Source: an uncultured virus (IMG/VR IMGVR_UViG_2029527006_000008) | Taxonomy: Duplodnaviria; Heunggongvirae; Uroviricota; Caudoviricetes | Virus record (IMG/VR): IMGVR_UViG_2029527006_000008 | Span: 1-64,000 of that record | DNA length: 64,000 bases | Direction: 5' to 3' (one strand) | Shown here: positions 57,514-64,000 of the stretch, in pieces | How the letters are laid out: every line of letters begins with the position of its first letter | How positions within the stretch are numbered: position 1 is the first letter of the stretch | The notes under the pieces: generated by a model | Database searches by the model: none | What the model saw: only the letters and a program-made list of their open reading frames with translations | What the model was told of the DNA's origin: nothing | Made by a program: the position numbers and the translations under genes

Positions 57514-58284
57514 ATGAACCCGAATGACGTTAGTACCGTAATCTGTTATCACCACGATCTTCCTCGCATACAGGAAACGTTTGGTGAGGGTGTTGTTTTC
57601 CCGAAAAATGTTACCAACATTGTGGCTGTTGACGGCACAAGTCGCGCTGTTCTTAAAACCACGCTGCTGCGTAACAAAGAAGGTTTTTCAGGTAAACCGG
57701 TGATCAGTTCAATGATGCTGAAAGGTATCAAAGAAAAACCGTTAACACCTGAGCTCTCCATTAAACACGGTGAAAGCAACCGCGTCGTTGCCAAGTTAGA
57801 CTTTGGTGACGTCAGCTTTACGCAGGTGTTCACTCGCTTCCCTAAAGACCGCCATTGTGAATCGGTGTTCTTTGGCGGTAATCTGCTTGACGTGACAAGC
57901 CACCGCTTGTACCAAACGTACTTGCATCGTGAGGCCGTGATGAACAATAACAGTTTGATACCTGTGTTATCTCCACGGTTTGTAAGAACAATGCTGCGTC
58001 AGCCGGTGTTTAAAATCCTTGGTCCGCATCGTGAAATTCATTACGAAGTTGTTCGCGAAACCACCAATCAGCATGTTGAGAAAATGAAAGACTCAGGCTT
58101 GATTGTTAAGCGCACTACTGTATTCTTTAATAAAGAAAGGAAAGAACATATTGAAATGATCGTTATCTCTGCCCTAGGCAGCTTCCGTGTTTTCGAAGGC
58201 GAACATACCAACTTCGAAAAAGAAACCAAGACGGGTTATGTATTACTCACCGACCCAGTTAAGCCAACTAAAAAGTTAGCTTAA
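57514..58284 (+). CDS. Hypothetical protein
   Basis: 256 aa, AGGAG RBS; followed by the hairpin AGGTACCCTCA-TT-TGAGGGTACCT. Confidence 0.75.
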   Translation: MNPNDVSTVICYHHDLPRIQETFGEGVVFPKNVTNIVAVDGTSRAVLKTTLLRNKEGFSGKPVISSMMLKGIKEKPLTPELSIKHGESNRVVAKLDFGDVSFTQVFTRFPKDRHCESVFFGGNLLDVTSHRLYQTYLHREAVMNNNSLIPVLSPRFVRTMLRQPVFKILGPHREIHYEVVRETTNQHVEKMKDSGLIVKRTTVFFNKERKEHIEMIVISALGSFRVFEGEHTNFEKETKTGYVLLTDPVKPTKKLA

Positions 58285-58462
58285 TTCAAGGCGTTAAATC
58301 GCTTATGAGTAAATAGTTCAGGTACCCTCATTTGAGGGTACCTTTATTATCCCCTTTATTTTTTGTCTAAATTTAGATTACAGTTTCTTTCAAACCTATA
58401 TAGTTAGGGTGTATAAGAAAACAATAATGTTTTCTGACATTTAACTTTAATAGGATATCATC

Positions 58463-58873
58463 ATGGAAAACATCAACACTACTGCTGCTAACACTACTTC
58501 TGAAACTGTTGTTGAAGTTACTGCTGAGCAGGCAACTCTGAAAGTCGGTGAAGGTGCAACAATGGTTGAGAAAGAAAAGAGCTGGATGAATGCACCAACT
58601 GTTGCTGCGCTGGCAGCTGCGAGTACTGCTGCAATCACCATGCTGGGTAAACGCGATCTGAGCATCGGCGCTGTAGTTGGTGCTGCGGCTGGCGTCGGCA
58701 CTGCATACCTCGGCACCAAATGGCTGAGCGAAGCAATCGGCGTTGAAGATCACGCGCTGGGTAAAGCAATGGGTTTGTTCGTGGGTATCGATCTGGGTTA
58801 CGCACTGACCAACCTGGGCGGTAAAGTTCAGGCGCAGTATGTGATCGAAGAGTCAACTCAGAACTACCTGTAA
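58463..58873 (+). CDS. Glycine-zipper membrane protein
   Basis: Hydrophobic helices with GAVVGAAAGVG; upstream promoter-like CCTATATAGT at 58395. Confidence 0.7.
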   Translation: MENINTTAANTTSETVVEVTAEQATLKVGEGATMVEKEKSWMNAPTVAALAAASTAAITMLGKRDLSIGAVVGAAAGVGTAYLGTKWLSEAIGVEDHALGKAMGLFVGIDLGYALTNLGGKVQAQYVIEESTQNYL

Positions 58874-58943
58874 TAAATGCAACATCGGCAATAAGGGCTG
58901 CGTCAATATAGATGCAGCTTAAACTTTTAAAACAATATAGATA

Positions 58944-59378
58944 ATGGGGTTACACAATATGAACATGAATAAAGCAATCGCAGGTATCAAAACTGTTTTC
59001 ATCAAACCGGAATTCACTACGCTGGAACAGCGCTTTGAAGATCAGTTGGAAATTCACATTGAGCCTTACGCAGAGCTCGGTGAAAAGCAGTTAGAGATTC
59101 TGCAAGCCATTGCAGACGACGCGCCGTTTATTGATGAACACACTCTGCGCGCAGGCAAAGTTCCAAACCCGTACAACTTCTACGCGTTCTACAAGCGTGG
59201 TAAAGAAACGTACATCTGCCCGGTACACGACTTTAAACAAACCTGTCTGAATCCGCTCTCTATGGAAGAAGACGCAGTACTCCTGGGTCGCTGGTCAGTG
59301 GGCGGATCAGTAAGTGCGGCGCGTTTGAAAGATCTGGTAAAAGAAGGTTACCTGGTCGGTTATGCGATCAAGCGTTAA
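58944..59378 (+). CDS. Hypothetical protein
   Basis: ~144 aa; followed by the terminator AGGGAGC-TTCG-GCTCCCT. Confidence 0.7.
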   Translation: MGLHNMNMNKAIAGIKTVFIKPEFTTLEQRFEDQLEIHIEPYAELGEKQLEILQAIADDAPFIDEHTLRAGKVPNPYNFYAFYKRGKETYICPVHDFKQTCLNPLSMEEDAVLLGRWSVGGSVSAARLKDLVKEGYLVGYAIKR

Positions 59379-59474
59379 TTGGTAAAGGGAGCTTCGGCTC
59401 CCTTACTTCTTTCTTTTATTTTTTGTTTTCTCATGGCAACTTTATGTAAACAATTAACTCCAAGGACAATTACT

Positions 59475-59876
59475 ATGTTTTGTGTTGGCACTCTGTCCAG
59501 TGATACGGGATGGGAAACCAAATCCGTAGATAACGCCATGAGTAAGCATTTTTACTACTGGTTTGTGTCGCGTGAAAACCAAAGTCGCATTATCTCTAAA
59601 GTCCCGAGCTTTTATAAGTTGTGGAAAGACTACGGAGAGAAGCAAAACGAAATGGTGTCTAACACGCAGACCTATTTAACTTCCTACATGCAAGAACTGT
59701 TCGATGACGTCACGGTTACTGTTAACGTTGAGGCTGTCGACAACAGTATTTCTATGTACCGTTTACTGGTATCCTGCATTGTTAACTATCAGGGTACTCG
59801 CTACAGTTTGGCGAAAGTTGTTTCTGTTCGCCCAGACTCTTTTAATCTCCTCGACAAACACAGGTTAGGAACATGA
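59475..59876 (+). CDS. Conserved jumbo phage protein
   Basis: AAGGA RBS before ATG 59475 (MFCVGTLSSDTGW...). Confidence 0.7.
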   Translation: MFCVGTLSSDTGWETKSVDNAMSKHFYYWFVSRENQSRIISKVPSFYKLWKDYGEKQNEMVSNTQTYLTSYMQELFDDVTVTVNVEAVDNSISMYRLLVSCIVNYQGTRYSLAKVVSVRPDSFNLLDKHRLGT

Positions 59877-60682
59877 ACGCAGATGAATTTTTGGGGATGT
59901 CTCCCGAGCACCAAGCGAAGATCCGCAGCAGCTTTGATTTCTTGAATCAGCTGGATGTGCAGAACATCGGTGGTACGGACTTCCTCACTAAAGACGGTGT
60001 GCCGCTGAATGCGCTGCGCATGGTCAAAGAAAGTGATTTCGTAAAAGAGTGGCTGGTGCCGTTTGCACTGAACAATACCGCAACGCGCAACAACTACTTC
60101 AACTTCCCGAAATGGGGCGAGCTCAGTAACCAACACACCATGTGCGTGCTGGTTGTTGACGACAACGACTCCAGCAAACGCCTGTTCGTGGTGAAACCGC
60201 TGGCCAGTTATGAGATGTCTCCGCAAGAGCGCGAGATCATGCGCCAAGCCACAGCTGCGCTGCAAACCAGCATCCAAACCACATTGGATGGTCAAGAGCC
60301 GGAACTCTCATCCGATCGCATCGTGGAAACCGCCAAGCAGTACATCACCAACGATGTCAACACGCCGATTCATGAACTCATTCCAACCGAGTTCTACCAC
60401 AAACACGGTCTGTATGTCACTGCGCTGCGCGAAGCCGTTTGGGTGCGTGACGAATTCCTGGAAGGCAACATGAGTCGTGAAGACTTTAGTCGTTTCCTGG
60501 AGATTCGCACCAAGGAAGAACGCGACGGCGTAGCAACTCGCGAAGAGTACGAATTCATTCGTTCTTTCGTGCCGCACTTTGAAATCCCGGAAGACAAACT
60601 GGCTGCTCATGGCGATAAAGGCGGACAAGTGAAAAATAACGGTGATGACAATAATACTGTTATTGATCCCATGTCTTGTTAA
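59873..60682 (+). CDS. Hypothetical conserved protein
   Basis: 269 aa, ATGA coupling. Confidence 0.75.
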   Translation: MNADEFLGMSPEHQAKIRSSFDFLNQLDVQNIGGTDFLTKDGVPLNALRMVKESDFVKEWLVPFALNNTATRNNYFNFPKWGELSNQHTMCVLVVDDNDSSKRLFVVKPLASYEMSPQEREIMRQATAALQTSIQTTLDGQEPELSSDRIVETAKQYITNDVNTPIHELIPTEFYHKHGLYVTALREAVWVRDEFLEGNMSREDFSRFLEIRTKEERDGVATREEYEFIRSFVPHFEIPEDKLAAHGDKGGQVKNNGDDNNTVIDPMSC

Positions 60683-60691
60683 GGAGCGCTG

Positions 60692-61807
60692 ATGCGTCTG
60701 CTGTCTTGTTCTGATTTACACACTTGCCACCGACGCACACCCACTGCTCACATTTTACGCAACATGTCTCGCTTTTTCTACACGGATGTAGATTTAGCAA
60801 ACGTTGATTTAATTCTGATCAGTGGAGATGTGTTTGATCGGTTCGTCGACAACGACAACCCTGACTTCCTGTTGACCTTGGAGTGGTTTAAACAGTTCTT
60901 TGTTAAGTGTAAACAACACAACGTGATTGTGCGGTTCACCGAAGGTACGACCCTGCACGATTGGGGGCAACCTCGCCACATTATGTTTTCTGTTGAAGAA
61001 GGCACGAATGTCAAGTACTTTGATGAGATCGCCATTGAAACCATCGAAGAGCTGAATAACCTCACCATCATGTATGTGCCAGACAACATGTCTGACAAAA
61101 CCCCGGACGAGATCTGGGAACGTGCTTTGCAGGTACTGACTGCTGCACAGTTAGACAAGGTTGATCTGATTGCTTTCCACGGTGGGTTCTACTGGCAGCT
61201 TCCGGAAAAAGCGCGCAAGCATGCGCACATGGAAGACCGCTGGAAAACCATTGTGAAGTACGGGATCTTTTCAGGCCATATTCATATTCCGGGTTCCTGG
61301 GAAGACATCATTTATAGTAACGGTTCATTTGACCGTATTCGTCACGGTGAAGAACATTCCAAAGGCGCATGGATTGTTGACATTGATCAGCAGAAAGAGA
61401 TCAAGACAACGCGCTTCTGGGTTAATGAATTTGCCATGCCTTACCGCAGTGTTCGTGTCAGTATTGATGACTTGCCGGAATCGATTGTGTTATCGGTTAA
61501 GCATCTGCTGCAAAGCCAGAAGTTTCCTGTGGGTTCGCAGTTCCGTATTCAGGGCGGACATAAATCGGTGGTGAAGCCGATCATTAGTTCGCTGGTAAAA
61601 GAGTACCCTGATTATGGTTTTGCGGAAGACTCCGAAGATGATGAAGTATTGGTTGAACAAGATCTCTTCCAGACTTCAGATTATAAAGGTGTTGCGGTAA
61701 CACAGGAAAATATCTTTGGTCACATTGAGCCTGACGTGATGGGTAAATTGGCGGGGTCAGATATTACACGTGACGAAGCGCTGGACGTATTGAAGGAATT
61801 CTTATGA
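60692..61807 (+). CDS. sbcD: Mre11/SbcD-like metallophosphoesterase nuclease
   Basis: SDLH, GDVFD, GT..HD, FHG, GHIH motifs. Confidence 0.88.
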   Translation: MRLLSCSDLHTCHRRTPTAHILRNMSRFFYTDVDLANVDLILISGDVFDRFVDNDNPDFLLTLEWFKQFFVKCKQHNVIVRFTEGTTLHDWGQPRHIMFSVEEGTNVKYFDEIAIETIEELNNLTIMYVPDNMSDKTPDEIWERALQVLTAAQLDKVDLIAFHGGFYWQLPEKARKHAHMEDRWKTIVKYGIFSGHIHIPGSWEDIIYSNGSFDRIRHGEEHSKGAWIVDIDQQKEIKTTRFWVNEFAMPYRSVRVSIDDLPESIVLSVKHLLQSQKFPVGSQFRIQGGHKSVVKPIISSLVKEYPDYGFAEDSEDDEVLVEQDLFQTSDYKGVAVTQENIFGHIEPDVMGKLAGSDITRDEALDVLKEFL

Positions 61808-62592
61808 GAACCTTAGGTGCGTTTAATATGTCGGTGGGAACGTCGATGGCATTGGAAAAAGATGCCATTGATGAGATCACTGTAACGAATACGTTTCTGG
61901 TTAACTTGCGTACTTTGGTGCGCAACGTTATTCAGAGCTATGCCGCTGACGATATTATTGACGCAGAAACCGTGATTAAAGACACCAAGTCTGATCTCAC
62001 GGAGCTGGCGAAGTGGCTGGCTGCTGCTGTAGGGCGTCGGAGTTTGGTATTCACGGTTTACTATCCGTCTTACAAATCACTGCGTTCTGTTTACAGCAAA
62101 GCAGATCTGGTCACCGATGAAACCCGACGGGAAAAGGCGCGACAGCAGAACAACTTGATTGAGAAAGTTTGTTTGAAGCTGTGCCAAGAGTTCCCACAAC
62201 AGATCACTAAAACGGATACACAACTTCCGAAGTTTGGTGGTCGAGGGTTGATTATTACACATCACGTTGTTGATCTCACGATGACGACATCAACGACGCG
62301 ATTAAAACTTTTAGAATCACACACGGGTACAGCTAAACCGTACACCAAGTGGTATACGAAATTAACCGGAGGTAAAGACCTTTTCTACATGCCGTTTAAT
62401 CGACTCAGCATTCAAGTCTTTGGGGATAAAGCCACAAACTTTTATTCATCCTCTATGGGTCTGAAGAAGTTGATTGAAGATCTCGCCATTGCGAAACAAT
62501 GGAACTCTGGTACAAGTTACTCCAAAGTCCGTTCCGACATTAACGGGCTGCCTCCTGGCATTACTAAAGCGGGCTTGAAGTTATTACTTTAA
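61804..62592 (+). CDS. Conserved jumbo phage protein (syntenic with phiKZ gp66)
   Basis: 262 aa; SVGTS.ALE, NLRTLVRN, LLESHTG, WYTK motifs. Confidence 0.7.
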   Translation: MRTLGAFNMSVGTSMALEKDAIDEITVTNTFLVNLRTLVRNVIQSYAADDIIDAETVIKDTKSDLTELAKWLAAAVGRRSLVFTVYYPSYKSLRSVYSKADLVTDETRREKARQQNNLIEKVCLKLCQEFPQQITKTDTQLPKFGGRGLIITHHVVDLTMTTSTTRLKLLESHTGTAKPYTKWYTKLTGGKDLFYMPFNRLSIQVFGDKATNFYSSSMGLKKLIEDLAIAKQWNSGTSYSKVRSDINGLPPGITKAGLKLLL

Positions 62593-62655
62593 AACTGCAC
62601 ACCCTTTATATATGTAGACTTATAACCGAATTTTAGAAATTACAAGGATTAGATC

Positions 62656-63399
62656 ATGTCAGATTTCCAGCGCCCGCAAAACCAGTCTCGTCCGAAGACC
62701 ATGCTGAACGATTATTCTCAGCCGCACCCGGAAACCGAACAACCTCTGCAAGGTGCCAAGCACAACGGCGCACTGCGTTTTGAACAGAAAGTCAACGGCG
62801 ATATCGTCCTGCGTGTGTTCGACGGTATCTGGAGTCAGGAAAAGCGTGTTACTCGTGAAGTCACGCTGAACTACAACGAACGTGGCGTGCTGTTTGATAC
62901 CATTCGTCAGGCGGCAGATATCAACACTCCGTTCTCTTCTGCGCAGCTGCCGATCAATCAGCAGGCGTGGGTTCGCGGCAACGACGGTAAAAGCAAACGT
63001 ACCGACGAGCCGGTAAACAGCTGTAACTTCATCATCTCTCGTGATGAGAAAGGTCGTGTTACACTGACCTATCAGAAAGGCGACTACAGCTTCAAAACTG
63101 TATTCCGTATGGCGAACGTTGCGGCAATGCGCGTTAAGAACGCCGACGGCACTACCAGCGAAGACTTCGGCATGCCGAGCCGCGCTTCTGCTCGCGCCTG
63201 GTGTAACTTCCACGAAGAACTCCTGAACGATCTGGAGTGGAAAGCCTGGAAACCGAAAGGCGGCAATAATAACAATAACTCCAACGGTGGTGGCGGTAAT
63301 AACAACTGGCAGAACCGTAACAACAACAATGGTGGTGGCAATGGCGGCGGCGCGATGGCAGCAACCACGCAGGAATTCGATGACGATATCGAATGGTAA
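62656..63399 (+). CDS. Putative single-stranded DNA-binding protein
   Basis: Gly/Asn-rich linker and acidic C-terminal tip EFDDDIEW; optimal codons. Confidence 0.55.
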   Translation: MSDFQRPQNQSRPKTMLNDYSQPHPETEQPLQGAKHNGALRFEQKVNGDIVLRVFDGIWSQEKRVTREVTLNYNERGVLFDTIRQAADINTPFSSAQLPINQQAWVRGNDGKSKRTDEPVNSCNFIISRDEKGRVTLTYQKGDYSFKTVFRMANVAAMRVKNADGTTSEDFGMPSRASARAWCNFHEELLNDLEWKAWKPKGGNNNNNSNGGGGNNNWQNRNNNNGGGNGGGAMAATTQEFDDDIEW

Positions 63400-63425
63400 T
63401 AGCCAGACCTAAATAAATAGGCAGC

Positions 63426-63460
63426 CTAGGCGGGGGAAACCCTGCCTAGCTATTTATTTT
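63426..63460 (+). terminator. Intrinsic terminator
   Basis: CTAGGCGGG-GGAAA-CCCTGCCTAG followed by TATTTATTTT. Confidence 0.75.
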
Positions 63461-63464
63461 CAGA

Positions 63465-63474
63465 CCTACATTAT
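63465..63474 (+). promoter_or_regulatory. Early promoter motif variant
   Basis: TTTCAGA-CCTACATTAT. Confidence 0.65.
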
Positions 63475-63513
63475 CTAACTAGTATAAACGTAAATAATGG
63501 AAAGTGAGGCACT

Positions 63514-64000
63514 ATGTCTTTAAACATCTTTACCGTCCGTAACTCCAAAAAGAATTTTGATCGCTTAACAGTGGTCTGGGAGCAGGGTGAAGAGAAGCGC
63601 CATCTGCACTTCATGGGTAAGGGGTCGATTAAATTAGCCGAAGTTAAAAAGGAAGACAACGATGCGGACATGGAGTTATTTGCTCCGCTGAACAGCTATT
63701 TCGAAATGGCGCTGTCACCTGAACAACAGAAGCAGCTTTTTGATTTATATCAGCGCGGCGCAGATATCATTGAAGACGGTGAATTCGTCTCCTATGAAAA
63801 AGAGATGCGTCGCATTGAACCAGTGATTCATGACATCCTGAGCTTGGTAAAACCTCAGAACCTCATGAACTACTTTGAGCATTCATCGAAGTTCATGGTG
63901 ATTCCCAAAGACCTCAAGACCACCACTGGTCACGGTTACTATCCGCGGGAAACCACCTTCATCGTAGAAGACTACGTGAACATCGTGAAGGCAACGTTTT
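63514..64000 (+). CDS. Probable nvRNAP promoter-specificity subunit (phiKZ gp68-like), truncated by the window end
   Basis: GAGG RBS; MSLNIFTVRNSKK... open to the window end; LF..LN.Y...LS.EQQ..LF.LY pattern; synteny after the SbcD/gp66/gp67 genes. Confidence 0.6.
   Translation, partial: MSLNIFTVRNSKKNFDRLTVVWEQGEEKRHLHFMGKGSIKLAEVKKEDNDADMELFAPLNSYFEMALSPEQQKQLFDLYQRGADIIEDGEFVSYEKEMRRIEPVIHDILSLVKPQNLMNYFEHSSKFMVIPKDLKTTTGHGYYPRETTFIVEDYVNIVKATF

Noticed and set aside
63258..63352. AAC/AAT/GGT triplet repeats
   Set aside because: Encode the Asn/Gly linker of the SSB-like protein; not an independent repeat element

Overview
A 64-kb segment of a nucleus-forming phiKZ-like jumbo phage (Chimalliviridae-type; gene order resembles the enterobacterial SPN3US/Erwinia jumbo phage group). 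Left arm: N-terminal part of a very large minus-strand tail protein, two split virion RNA polymerase subunits, a modular endolysin, head proteins and the prohead protease, a few early genes (two secreted), tail tube and sheath, virion proteins, and a terminase large subunit interrupted by an Ala-starting (class 3-type) intein. Middle: a minus-strand block with thymidylate kinase, early hypothetical genes, an HNH endonuclease, an AT-rich region with two covarying hairpins, an Ntn-protease, tRNA-Asn, tRNA-Ser, glutaredoxin and a ~1.1-kb ORF-poor tract packed with RNA stems. Right arm: the replication/nucleus block (PhuZ, family B DNA polymerase, chimallin, non-virion RNAP beta' subunit, Mre11/SbcD nuclease, SSB-like protein, start of the sigma-like nvRNAP subunit). 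The best novelty candidates are the structured ncRNA cluster at 44040-45150, an overprinted membrane-protein ORF inside the vRNAP beta gene, the covarying tandem hairpins at 38039-38176 and a 24-aa toxin-like peptide gene. Homologue names come from motifs and recalled synteny, not from database searches, and RNA structures were paired by eye.
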